From: Desulfurococcaceae archaeon
GTDB lineage: Archaea; Thermoproteota; Thermoprotei_A; Sulfolobales; Desulfurococcaceae
NCBI GenBank assembly: GCA_038888155.1
Contig: JAWAJB010000003.1
Location: forward strand, 90,384 to 154,383
DNA length: 64,000 nt
Reading direction: 5' to 3'
Shown: in pieces, positions 27,856 to 37,942 of the stretch
Layout of the letters: the number at the start of each line of letters is the position of its first letter
Numbering within the stretch: position 1 is the first letter of the stretch
Notes under the pieces: model-generated
Told to the model about the DNA's origin: nothing
The model's input: only the letters and a program-made list of their open reading frames with translations
The model's database searches: none
Translations under genes and position numbers: made by a program

Positions 27856-29304
27856 TTGGCTAGAGCTAAACTCGAGAAAATTGGGGAGTATGAATGGCGC
27901 ATACCCTCTAACCTCAAGCCGTGCATGAAGACAGACGCAATCATATTCTCAGACGAGTACCTCCTAGAGAAAATGGAGAGCGATTTGACGTTGGATCAAG
28001 CTGCGAATGTAGCGTGTTTGCCGGGCATCAAGCTCTACTCCTATGTAATGCCTGATGGACACCAGGGGTACGGCTTCCCCATAGGCGGTGTAGCCGGCTT
28101 CGATGTGGAGGAGGGCGTTATAAGCCCGGGCGGAGTTGGCTACGATATAAACTGCGGTGTTAGGGTTCTAAAGACAAACCTCATGCTGGATGACCTAGAG
28201 GGCAAACTAAAAGAGCTTGTAGAAGTAATGTTCAGGAATATACCGAGCGGTGTAGGCTCCACGGGGCAGTTAAGGCTATCTTTCAGGGATCTCGACGACG
28301 TGCTAGAGAGAGGTGTTAAGTGGGCCATCGAGAAGGGCTTCGGCTGGGAGAGAGATGCTGAGCACACTGAAGAGCAGGGATCCATGAAGGCCGCAAGAGC
28401 TGACAAGATAAGCAAGGTAGCCAAGCAGAGAGGACACGAGCAGCTTGGAACACTTGGAGCAGGCAATCACTTCCTTGAAATCCAGGTTGTAGATAGGATA
28501 TACGATCCCCACATAGCCTCAGTCATGGGAATTAAAAGCGTTGGACAGGTAGCAGTGATGATCCACACTGGTAGCAGGGGGCTTGGCCACCAAGTTGCAA
28601 GCGACTACTTAATGGTAATGGAGAGAGCTATGAAGAAGTACGGCATCTCTGTGCCAGATAGGGAGCTAGCAGCCCTTCCCTTTCACAGCTCTGAAGCCCA
28701 GGATTACTTCGCTGCTATGGCTGCAGCTGCAAACTTCGCTTGGGCTAATAGACAGATAATAACGCACTGGGTGAGGGAGAGCTTTAGGAAAACCCTACAA
28801 GCGGCTCCCGAGGAGCTGGGATTAGATGTGATATACGACGTAGCTCACAACATAGCCAAAGTTGAAGAGCATACTATAAACGGAGAGAAGTACAAAGTAG
28901 TTGTTCACAGAAAAGGAGCTACGAGGGCATTTCCCCCGGGTCACCCCGATATACCTTCGGATTACAGCAAAATTGGCCAGCCAGTTTTAATACCTGGAAG
29001 CATGGGGACTGCTAGCTACATACTTATTGGGCTCAAAGAAGGAGCGAGAACGTGGTACAGTGCACCACACGGCGCTGGTCGGTGGCTTAGTAGAGGAGAT
29101 GCCATAAGGTCTTATACGCCTGACCGCGTAATATCCGAGCTAACCCACAAGGGGATCTTTGTGAGAGCTGCAAGCAGGAGAGTTATAAGCGAGGAGGCCC
29201 CCGAAGCGTATAAGGACGTAGATAGAGTTGTGCTCGTAGCCGATAAAGTGAGGATCGCTAGACCTGTCGCTAGGTTGACTCCAGTAGGCGTTGTAAAGGG
29301 CTAG
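27856..29304 (+). CDS. rtcB: RNA-splicing ligase RtcB
   Basis: GYGFPIGGVA, GYDINCGVR, GAGNHFLE, HRKGAT and APHGAGR are present. Confidence 0.95.
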   Translation: MARAKLEKIGEYEWRIPSNLKPCMKTDAIIFSDEYLLEKMESDLTLDQAANVACLPGIKLYSYVMPDGHQGYGFPIGGVAGFDVEEGVISPGGVGYDINCGVRVLKTNLMLDDLEGKLKELVEVMFRNIPSGVGSTGQLRLSFRDLDDVLERGVKWAIEKGFGWERDAEHTEEQGSMKAARADKISKVAKQRGHEQLGTLGAGNHFLEIQVVDRIYDPHIASVMGIKSVGQVAVMIHTGSRGLGHQVASDYLMVMERAMKKYGISVPDRELAALPFHSSEAQDYFAAMAAAANFAWANRQIITHWVRESFRKTLQAAPEELGLDVIYDVAHNIAKVEEHTINGEKYKVVVHRKGATRAFPPGHPDIPSDYSKIGQPVLIPGSMGTASYILIGLKEGARTWYSAPHGAGRWLSRGDAIRSYTPDRVISELTHKGIFVRAASRRVISEEAPEAYKDVDRVVLVADKVRIARPVARLTPVGVVKG

Positions 29305-29508
29305 AGCTTATCGGAGCTTTTTGCTACTGTTGTGCTGACTTAGCTTTTAGCGCTAACTCGTTATCGGCGTGGAAAGACAGAGGATGTGCCCACTTAATAA
29401 ACCCCCTCGTTAGGAGTGCTCCAAAAGGTGACTAAGTTGTCCTTATGCAGGCCCTCAAGTCAATGTAAAGTAGATGGAGAATTGGAGGAGACGTTGTTTA
29501 GCACGCTG

Positions 29509-30201
29509 CTACTTCTTTGATGGTATAAACTTCCCCAGTATTTGGGCAAACATTGGTAGATTTCTGCTCTGTATCCACACTCTGCCGGGACCCTTTGTCT
29601 CAACTACTAGCCCCTCCCCACCTAGGAACAGCGTTTTAAGTCCTCCCAACTTCTTTATGCTCCAACTAACTCTCCCCTCGAGCGCAACGAAATGGCCGTT
29701 GTCAATTACGAATGCCTCTCCAGAGGGTATATTGATCTCCTCTATTGCACCGTAGCTGTTTAGGAAAACTATTCCCTCACCCGCAGCTTTAAGCCATATA
29801 AGTTCGCCCTCAGCTATTAACCCCTTTAACCCCCTCCAGCCAACTGTAAGCGTTATGTTCCCTATGTGGCCTAGGTAGCTAGTGTCCTGTATAAGTATTT
29901 CATCCTTATTCAGCTCTACTGCTGCTATGTCTCCAGGGATACTTGGGGCAGCCCATATCTCTGCATTGGATTGAGCCATAAACGTGTTTAAAAAGAAGCT
30001 CTCTCCTCCAGCAAGGACTCTCGCTAAGCCGGACTTCACGCCGAGGGAGCTCGTGTTGATCTTAACCTCTCCTCGGTGCATCATATATGATCCGGGCTCA
30101 ATAGTTACAGATTCGCCAGGGCTTAACTGGAGCTTCAGAATGGAGTAAGCCGGACCTTTATCAACTCTGTACTGAACCACTATTCCCATCCAAGTGAGCA
30201 A
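29509..30201 (-). CDS. AIM24/DUF124 (TIGR00266-type) family protein
   Basis: YSILKLQLSPGESVTIEPGSYMMH and the repeated beta-rich pattern end with ...RVWIQS, typical of this family. Confidence 0.65.
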   Translation of the reverse strand: MLTWMGIVVQYRVDKGPAYSILKLQLSPGESVTIEPGSYMMHRGEVKINTSSLGVKSGLARVLAGGESFFLNTFMAQSNAEIWAAPSIPGDIAAVELNKDEILIQDTSYLGHIGNITLTVGWRGLKGLIAEGELIWLKAAGEGIVFLNSYGAIEEINIPSGEAFVIDNGHFVALEGRVSWSIKKLGGLKTLFLGGEGLVVETKGPGRVWIQSRNLPMFAQILGKFIPSKK

Positions 30202-30498
30202 TCGACATGGGGGTTAATATAAGAGGAATTTGCCCACAACTCATACAAAGTCGCTATGATTATCGCTCTCTTTAACAAGCCAGCAACGTTTGCCTTTACT
30301 TAGAATTTTTTAATGGCGTAAAATTTAATTGACCTGCTTGGTTGTCAAACTTATTTAAAGACCGTGTCCTCTAAAACAAGTAACAGCGCAGTAGCCTTTA
30401 GGCGCAAGTCCCTAATTGTCCTCTCCTTGGGTCAACATTAACGCGCTTTTTGGCCGGCTGAAGTTATTATATTCTAAAAAGCTCTTGTAATTTGAGGT

Positions 30499-31464
30499 GT
30501 GGTGGCGCTTTTGCGTGAATTGAGTTACAGCGAGTACCTCCAGTTCGCCTCAAAGCACAATAAAGTAGTTATAGAAGATCGGGAGATCAAGCTCGAGCCT
30601 ATAGATGTTAAAAGGCTTAAGCCCTCTACCAAGGAGTTAACAGATACCTCGACAACTGTTTGGAGCTTCCCAAGGCGGGGTTCTTGGGCAACACATAGAG
30701 GAGATTATAGGGGTAATTGGGCCCCACAGATCCCGAGGGCCCTCATAGAGAAATACTCTAGGCCGGGCGAAGTAGTTTTAGACCCTATGGTTGGTTCGGG
30801 GACTACTTGTGTGGAGGCGAGGCTCCTAGGTAGAAACTGCATTGGAGTTGATGTAAACTACAACTCTGCAATTTTAGCTCTCCACAGGCTTTACTGGCTA
30901 GAGGAGTACGCTAGGAGGTGGAGTGGTCCAGTTAAGCCAGTCGAGGTGGAGAACGTTGAGAAATCATGGAGTAAGATCTACCATGGTGATGCTCGGAGTA
31001 TCTCTTTACTACAGGATAGCTCTGCTGACCTAGTGGCAGTACACCCACCATACTGGAACATCATCAAGTACGGCCAGGATGGGAAGGCTGAGGGAGATCT
31101 CTCGAGGGCTAGAACGCTAGAGGAGTACGTGAAGCTCATGAGCGAGGTCGCGAGCGAGCTGTATAGAGTCTTAAAGCGTGGAGGATACTTAGGCATCTTA
31201 ATAGGTGATACCAGGATCCGCAAACACTACATTCCTGTATCTCACTCCGTGCTTCAGGTGTTCTTGAAAGCAGGTTTCCTGTTAAAAGAAGAAGTGATCA
31301 AAGTACAGCACAAAATGAAAACAACTAGGGAGGTGTGGAGCAAAATGAAGGAAAAAGACTTCTTGCTGATTTATCACGAGAAGCTATACATATTCAGGAA
31401 GCCTGCGGATGCTAGCGACGCAGTCAAACATAAAAGTAGCGGTAAGTTGTTGCTATTAACATAA
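30499..31464 (+). CDS. SAM-dependent N6-adenine/N4-cytosine-type methyltransferase, orphan
   Basis: VLDPMVGSGTTCVEARLLGRNCIGVDVN is the SAM motif I. It is preceded by VWSFPRR...IPRALIEKY and followed by YHGDARSI...ADLVAVHPPYWN (motif IV-like HPPY) and RVLKRGGYLGILIGD. Confidence 0.75.
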   Translation: MVALLRELSYSEYLQFASKHNKVVIEDREIKLEPIDVKRLKPSTKELTDTSTTVWSFPRRGSWATHRGDYRGNWAPQIPRALIEKYSRPGEVVLDPMVGSGTTCVEARLLGRNCIGVDVNYNSAILALHRLYWLEEYARRWSGPVKPVEVENVEKSWSKIYHGDARSISLLQDSSADLVAVHPPYWNIIKYGQDGKAEGDLSRARTLEEYVKLMSEVASELYRVLKRGGYLGILIGDTRIRKHYIPVSHSVLQVFLKAGFLLKEEVIKVQHKMKTTREVWSKMKEKDFLLIYHEKLYIFRKPADASDAVKHKSSGKLLLLT

Positions 31465-31865
31465 GCTTCTGCAACCATATCCTTCCACGTAGCTGGAATT
31501 ATGAGTGCATCTTTTCTGCTTAATTATGTCCCACTCGCATAACAGATAGATCACTTTGCCCCCACATTGTTCCTCATCGCCTTGAGCCTAGCAAATTTGT
31601 CCCTTTCGATCTCATGTGTAACCTCCATGAAAATAGAGAGCAGTCCGTGGGATAGCTAGTTCAGTGATAGATTACTTATATTTTTCACGTTGTTTATTGA
31701 GAGCCCGCGCGTGTTGTTATACCTTGATCCCCCATGGTATTTCTAAAAGGAGTGCCTAGGACTCCAATCTCCCGATATTCACAACACCAATTTACATTTA
31801 CTAACTCCTAACATCTTTAATGGTTATTTCTTATACGCATATGCGCTTGCTCTATGGGCGCAAAC

Positions 31866-32797
31866 TTAGAGCTTATGGATTTTTACTATCAGTGGTAGGT
31901 ACTCTCTACCGAGCATATCTAGCTCTTTAAAGTACACTACCCTCATTTCGCGAGTATTTAAGCTGGCTTTGTACACGGTCCTTTCCACCAAGCTCAAGAC
32001 ATAGCTATCTATAGCATTTTCCCCTCCTTTAACTGCTCTCAGCAAGTAGAGCGTTGCCGGAAGAGTAAAGTAATTCTCTGCTATGCCCGCCTCTCTTGGT
32101 GGAATGGCTTTTGCTAGGATTGCTTTGTCAATCCAGCTAATATTATCTGGCTCTTTTGCCTTGTAGAAACCTGCTAGCTTGGAAGGAAGGTAGAAAGCAA
32201 AACCTCGCTTGGATCTATTTACAAGCAATCTATCAATGGAAATGGCATGTCCTCTAATAAGGTCCACGCTTATCCTGTAAAGCCTTTTAAGCCCGCCGTA
32301 TCTCTTCTCTCTTAAATGAATATACGCGGGTACTTCGGCGTTTTTACCCACAACTACAGATATGTGGAGGTCAAAGCCTACTCTAGCTACTAATTCTACG
32401 TCTTCGCCGTAGTTTAGATCTCTCCACCCCCCTTTAGACAGTATTGCTTCCCGTTTAGCTATGATTGGGCCTACGTGTACAACTAGCTTTGTCTCGTAAG
32501 CGTATTCTAATGCCCTATGAAAAGCCTCATTGTATCTAGATCAAACCAGAGTGCTGTGCTTCCCTCTGCGCACTTATATAGCGCCAACTGCCTGCCTAGA
32601 CCCCTGGTACACTCATATCGGTAAATCCTTAGATTAAGCTCTTTTCGAAGCTCCAGCAGTCTCTCCCATGTGCCGTCGCTCGAGTAGTTATCTACAATTA
32701 CTATTTCGGCCTCGGGCCTCCAAACGCTCCGAATAGGCTACTCAACCCATTTTATATTGTTGCACACTGTTCCGTATAGGCATATTTTATCTATGCC
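31866..32797 (-). pseudogene. decayed family-2 glycosyltransferase
   Basis: My minus-strand translation gives ..ICLYGTVCNNIKWVE-TAG(32738-32740)-PIRSVWRPEAEIVIVDNYSSDGTWERLLELRKELNLRIYRYECTRGLGRQLALYKCAEGSTALWFDLDT. The frame then shifts within 32510-32540 into EAFHRALEYAYETKLVVHVGP...WRDLNYGEDVELV..., which continues into the listed 161 aa ORF. There is no in-frame canonical start. Confidence 0.75.
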
Positions 32798-32816
32798 GTT
32801 CGCCTCTCTGGCGGGC

Positions 32817-33959
32817 CTAACTTTTAATCAGTCCGTGCTTTCTAAGCAAATCGATAAACCTCTCCCTGAAAACACCGGCGCTGAACTCCCTTGAGCGCTC
32901 TACCGCAAGTCGCTTCAACCTCCTAGTCTTATCTTCTTTTGCTTCAAGGTCTCTAACTAGCTTAGGTACTTCGCCTAAGTTGCTGTACCCCAGCTCAGCG
33001 CTTATTGGGGAAACAATATCAGTCCAGGCGCCACCATCTCTGTAGACTAGCGGAATGCACCCAGCAGACATAGCCTCGACAACCGCTATGCCGAAGTGCT
33101 CTGCGAACTGTGGATGCACGTAGAAAGTAGCCCTTTGGAGTAGCTCCCTTAGTACGTTGCTCTGAGCGTTTATCAGCATGTGGAAGTTCCTAGCCCCGCA
33201 TCTCTTTATCTCTTCTTTTACTTTCTCTGCAACGCGATTGCTAATATCTAGCTCATAGCTCCTCTCACCAGTTGAACCAACTAGGTACCAATCGTAGTCA
33301 GGCACCTTTGCTGCTACGCTCGGCAGCAGTTCGAGGTTTTTCTCTGGGGTGTACCTAGATATTGTTACTATGATCTTTTCCTTTTGTCTGCCGTCGTAGG
33401 CAAAGTACTCGACATCTACAGGTGGGTAAAGCACCTCGGCATCAATGCCGTAGGTTTCCTTTGTGAGCTTTGCTGTCCACTTGCTGTTAGTTAAAACAAC
33501 CTTAGGACGGCCGAGTATCTTCTTAGCTCTGTGCTCAACGAGCCAGTTGTACAGCCCCCAGTGGATAGAGCTAGAGGGAGAAGTCGAAAGCATGATGGGG
33601 TAGTGGATGTAGGATATATCGACATCTACGGGTACATTTAGCCCCGTGTCTATTAGAATCCTATTGTCTTCTTTAATAGACCATAGCTTTGATGTAGCCT
33701 TTTCTAAAAGCAACAGCCTCCTATACCTTACAAATCTACCAGTATAGCCGAGAATTTTTTCAAGTAGGCTGTCAGCCTCTATAACCTGGTAATCGCCCGG
33801 CAATCCAAGCCGCTCTGCTATTTTTTTCATGACGCTGGCCGAGTTAGTTACATACACTACCTCAATACCTGCGTTTCTCAAAGCGCGTGCAATTTCTAGG
33901 CTAACTCTCTCGCCTCCTCCTGCTATATTAAATAAGTGAAGCACATAAGCCGTTAACAA
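32817..33959 (-). CDS. glycosyltransferase, GT-B fold (family 4 / group 1)
   Basis: The N-terminal GGGERV and the C-terminal EHFGIAVVEAMSAGCIPLV (E-x7-E motif) are present. Confidence 0.85.
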   Translation of the reverse strand: MLTAYVLHLFNIAGGGERVSLEIARALRNAGIEVVYVTNSASVMKKIAERLGLPGDYQVIEADSLLEKILGYTGRFVRYRRLLLLEKATSKLWSIKEDNRILIDTGLNVPVDVDISYIHYPIMLSTSPSSSIHWGLYNWLVEHRAKKILGRPKVVLTNSKWTAKLTKETYGIDAEVLYPPVDVEYFAYDGRQKEKIIVTISRYTPEKNLELLPSVAAKVPDYDWYLVGSTGERSYELDISNRVAEKVKEEIKRCGARNFHMLINAQSNVLRELLQRATFYVHPQFAEHFGIAVVEAMSAGCIPLVYRDGGAWTDIVSPISAELGYSNLGEVPKLVRDLEAKEDKTRRLKRLAVERSREFSAGVFRERFIDLLRKHGLIKS

Positions 33960-34144
33960 GGCATTCCAACCTCGGCCTCAGATTAACTTAATATACAGCG
34001 TTCTCAACAATTTATGAGTGAACTGACGGCTTTAAAATAAGACTTATTGTTAAAGGTAAAGCTCGCAAAGTAGTTTTTAAAGCGACGCTATCATTATCTG
34101 TTGCTGTGTTTAATCAAGCCATCTCTTAAAAATTCACCAATGCG

Positions 34145-35116
34145 GTGTTGCTCGTGGTCTCACTGCCTGTGCTAATTCGCAGAATGCTCGGCAGGCGTGG
34201 GACGTTTTTACTAAGGCGCATAGCCTCTAACATAGCTTATTACACCGGGCATTACGAGTACGCCAATTTCACTAGCAGACAGAATGGTATCTCAGCATTG
34301 ATGTGTACTTATAATGAAGAAGATTGGGTAGAGCCAGCAGTGCTCTCTATTAAGAACCTAGTAGACGAGTACGTTATCGTGGACTCCTCCACCGACCGAA
34401 CTCCCGAAATAATAAATGCCGTTAAGAATGAACACGGACTGAACATTAAGCTACTGAGAGTCCCCCCTGGGGACATCGTCAGGGCAAGGACAGCAGCTCT
34501 TGAAAACTCATCATTTAAGTGGCTACTATTCTTTGACGCGGATATGGTTCTACACGAGCGCGCGGTTAAAGCAGTGAAAGAGCTCACAGAGAGCTTAGAT
34601 CCCAGGAGGCACTACATAGTTTACTGGAAATACCTCTTACTTTGCGGCGACTTAAACCACCTCTGTGGCGAAGAGCCATACCATGTTGAGCGTTGGCTAA
34701 TTACATACTCTAGCAGGCTAAGGTACAAGTACCTCGACTACGGCAGAGGCGTTGCAATGGATTACCTATATGCACCGCTAAGGCTCTACAAGCCTATATT
34801 ACTAGACGAGGTGCTAGGGGTTCACCTGACGCGAGTAAGGACCCCCGAGAAGCTAGCAATGAAGCACATTAGGCTAGAGCACCGAAAGCTATTAGTGGAG
34901 CACACAATGAGAGGGCTTACAGCAGAAGAAGCAGTCTTGAGAATCGCGCGAGAAACTTACGGCACAGACGACCTTAGAGAGCTCGGAGAGAAACTAATAA
35001 GAGATATGACCTTTATGCTACCGCGCTATGATGAATCTAAGTACGGTCCCCTACCACAAGTACTACTGAACTACGTAAAGAACAACAAGCCACTCAAAAT
35101 TAACTCTACGGGCTGA
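34145..35116 (+). CDS. glycosyltransferase family 2
   Basis: ISALMCTYNEEDWVEPAVLSIKNLVDEYVIVDSSTDRTPEII and FFDADMV (DxD) are present. The start is uncertain. Confidence 0.75.
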   Translation: MLLVVSLPVLIRRMLGRRGTFLLRRIASNIAYYTGHYEYANFTSRQNGISALMCTYNEEDWVEPAVLSIKNLVDEYVIVDSSTDRTPEIINAVKNEHGLNIKLLRVPPGDIVRARTAALENSSFKWLLFFDADMVLHERAVKAVKELTESLDPRRHYIVYWKYLLLCGDLNHLCGEEPYHVERWLITYSSRLRYKYLDYGRGVAMDYLYAPLRLYKPILLDEVLGVHLTRVRTPEKLAMKHIRLEHRKLLVEHTMRGLTAEEAVLRIARETYGTDDLRELGEKLIRDMTFMLPRYDESKYGPLPQVLLNYVKNNKPLKINSTG

Positions 35117-35955
35117 AGCAATTGCTACTATTAATGAGATCCTCTACCCTCCCATCTATCCCTTGCTTTCAGCCTTAATTGATTTGCAAGCACTTACTCG
35201 TCGCAGTATTTACAAGGCGAAAATCGAAAAACTGTACCATTGTAGCAAGTGCCCAGAACTTCTTCCTCGAGAGTCTAACCTTATTCAACTGTTGCTCGCT
35301 ACAAGGGCCTCTGTCATTCTCCTAATCGCCAAGTTTATTGACATTTTGACCACTAATCGATGGCCCCAGTCCCCCCATGCCCTAGGAGAGCCAACGCCTT
35401 TCTACAAATGAATTGAGGGTTACCAAAGGGCGCATCAGAATGGTGCCGAGTGCTGTAGCTAAAGCCCTAGGGCTACAATGCCCCAAACATGTAATATGAT
35501 CTCCACAGTTGCAATTGCCATCAAGCTCTTGCGTGTGCATCCTCAGTGCTCTAGAGCCTTCAGCAACCCCAATGAGCTCAGATCTGCCCGGCGATTACTT
35601 TAAAGGAAATACTCGCGACAGCCCCATCTAGGTCCCATTTACTGAGCCGAAGCCACTTTTACATATTTGTCGTAGGCATTTAGTATATAAAAACCTAATT
35701 TTCTATCTTAGTACTAACAACTCTGGTGAATAGGGATGAACACTTGGGACAAACTCACAGAGGCCGCTGCTGAAGGTGTTGAAATTATGGGCATTAGTAG
35801 CAGAGTAGCGTTACCAACACGTCTTAAAGCCCAAGCGATAGTACGCTGGTTGACATAAGCGTACCTCATAGGGTTATGGTAGAGAACACGGCACCTAAAC
35901 TCCATTATAGTTTCCTTGATTGAGCGGCTAGAAATACAGCACGAGATGATCGCCA

Positions 35956-37458
35956 GTGAAGGAGAGAAAGATAGTATATGCGTTGATAATAGCGTTCGCC
36001 ATTTCATTTGCGACCTCATACTATTTAAGGATCCCGGAAGACAAGTTGGGAGTTGAAATAATAAATTATTGGAGAACAACTACGGGGAACGCTGGAGATA
36101 TTAATGATCTAGCAAGTTTTATCAAGCAGGCAATTTCGCTAGGCGTGTTTTTAACAGTAATAATTCTCACTGTAATCTCAATGGAGTACCGGTACTATGG
36201 TACATTCCTTGGGATATCGTTAATCACAATGCTTGGAACAGCGCCGCCCCAGAGCTTAATTAGCGGAGTTGAGTGGAACTTAATAATGTTTCTAATTGGA
36301 AGCATGACGCTTGCATTCATACTTAGGACTCTCGGGGTTTTCGAGTACATAGCTATAAGGATACTCGAGTTTTCAAAGGGCTCTGTGAAGAAGCTACTCT
36401 TCACTATTTTACTCTTTTCCTGGTTTCTAGCGATGATTGTCGATGAAGCCACAAGCATAGTCTACGTAACTCTTTTAATATTCGAGATAAAAAGGCTATC
36501 CCGCCACGACGTAATGCCGTTGGCCATTCTCTCGGTTTTAGCGACGAACATCGGAAGCATGGCTTTGCCAGTTGGAAACCCCATTGGCATTTACATCTCC
36601 TTTACAGCCCACCTCTCCGTTTCAGACTTCTTCCTTAGGGCCCTGCCTCTCTCACTATTACTACTGCTTATAACATTCGCTATTGTCTACTACCTGAACA
36701 AGAGCTACCTAAATGACCTCGCGCTCAAGCTAGACCCCGAAAGAATCGAGAAGAGAATGGAGGCTTACTACTCAAATATTCGAGGAGAGGAGTTAGTGAA
36801 GGTCAAAATAGGACTGGCCCTCACTGTATTATTCCTCTTCACAATATCTCTAGCCGATTTCCTAGCCGAGGCTCTAACGAGGTTTTCGGGAAACGCTGTG
36901 GAAGCTCACTCCCTGCTATCGTTCATACCTTACGCTTTCATATTGCTCGCTGGACTCCTATACGGGCCGCAGAGGCTTGAAAAAGCCATTATAAGGGGGG
37001 TCGAATGGGCATCCATACTATTTTTCATATCCTTGTTCATGCTCGGCTTTTCGCTACTATACACTGGAATAGCCTCAAAGCTTGCGTACGTTACTATCAA
37101 GCTGAGCGACGTTGCTGGAAATAACTACGCGAGATTTCTAGTAGAAGTAATTCTAGTGTTCTCAGCCCTCTTGAGTAGCGCGCTTGACAACTTAAGCGTA
37201 ATAGTGGCGCTAACTCCCATAGCTAAGACCGTTGAGGCAGTATTTTCCACGAAAAAAATCTACTGGAGCATGCTCTACGGTGGAGTTCTAGGCGGAAACT
37301 TCACCCCCGTTGGCTCCACTGCAAACATAGTCGCAATAGGATTGCTAAGCAGAGAAAAGATTAGCGTGTCCTGGAGCAATTGGTTCAAAATTGCAGCAAT
37401 TCCCACGCTGGTACAGGTCTTGATGGCTGCCTTCTGGCTTTACATGTTTCCCGCTTAA
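35956..37458 (+). CDS. ArsB/NhaD-superfamily (citrate-transporter-like) anion permease
   Basis: The protein is polytopic. ATNIGSMALPVGNP and GGNFTPVGSTANIV repeat in the two halves, as in this permease superfamily. Confidence 0.7.
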   Translation: MKERKIVYALIIAFAISFATSYYLRIPEDKLGVEIINYWRTTTGNAGDINDLASFIKQAISLGVFLTVIILTVISMEYRYYGTFLGISLITMLGTAPPQSLISGVEWNLIMFLIGSMTLAFILRTLGVFEYIAIRILEFSKGSVKKLLFTILLFSWFLAMIVDEATSIVYVTLLIFEIKRLSRHDVMPLAILSVLATNIGSMALPVGNPIGIYISFTAHLSVSDFFLRALPLSLLLLLITFAIVYYLNKSYLNDLALKLDPERIEKRMEAYYSNIRGEELVKVKIGLALTVLFLFTISLADFLAEALTRFSGNAVEAHSLLSFIPYAFILLAGLLYGPQRLEKAIIRGVEWASILFFISLFMLGFSLLYTGIASKLAYVTIKLSDVAGNNYARFLVEVILVFSALLSSALDNLSVIVALTPIAKTVEAVFSTKKIYWSMLYGGVLGGNFTPVGSTANIVAIGLLSREKISVSWSNWFKIAAIPTLVQVLMAAFWLYMFPA

Positions 37459-37942
37459 TGCTTGCTAGACATCATTAAGCGTTTAGTTAGTTGCCGAAAG
37501 AGAGCTTAAGTTGATGTAAGTTTAGTGTAGCAGATGAAAGCGCGAGGACTGAAAATACAAAAAATTTGCGCCTAAGTCCCCCTGTAGTTGAGATTGTAGC
37601 CGCAAACGCCCTGCTGAAACGCATAGATAAACAAGGGGGAATGTTTAGAGGTAAAAACAACGGCAACACTTATCTACATTCTAGTTTCTCATTGGTAGAG
37701 CATATTGGCCCATATTGCAGGAAACCAAGGATCTACTCCTAGAACCCAGTTGAACTTCCTTTGAAGTAATGGCCGCCTGCAAATGAAAACATCGGGGGAC
37801 TTAACAAAACCCCCAGCTCCTCGACCCGCAGCAAGTGCTTTACGCGTTATAGAGCAGATTAAACAGCTGTGCGCTCACTGCCGCAGGTTTGGCCTCGATC
37901 AGCATGAGTGGCTTCAGAGGCTATTACGTCATCACTCTAGCA

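Noticed and set aside
35163-36079. Track ORFs 35163-35411 (+) and 35714-36079 (-), plus a 58-codon Cys/His-rich minus-strand ORF around 35400-35575.
   Set aside because: They have no motifs and overlap each other or the permease start. They lie in a region that looks like eroded sequence and are treated as non-coding or relics.
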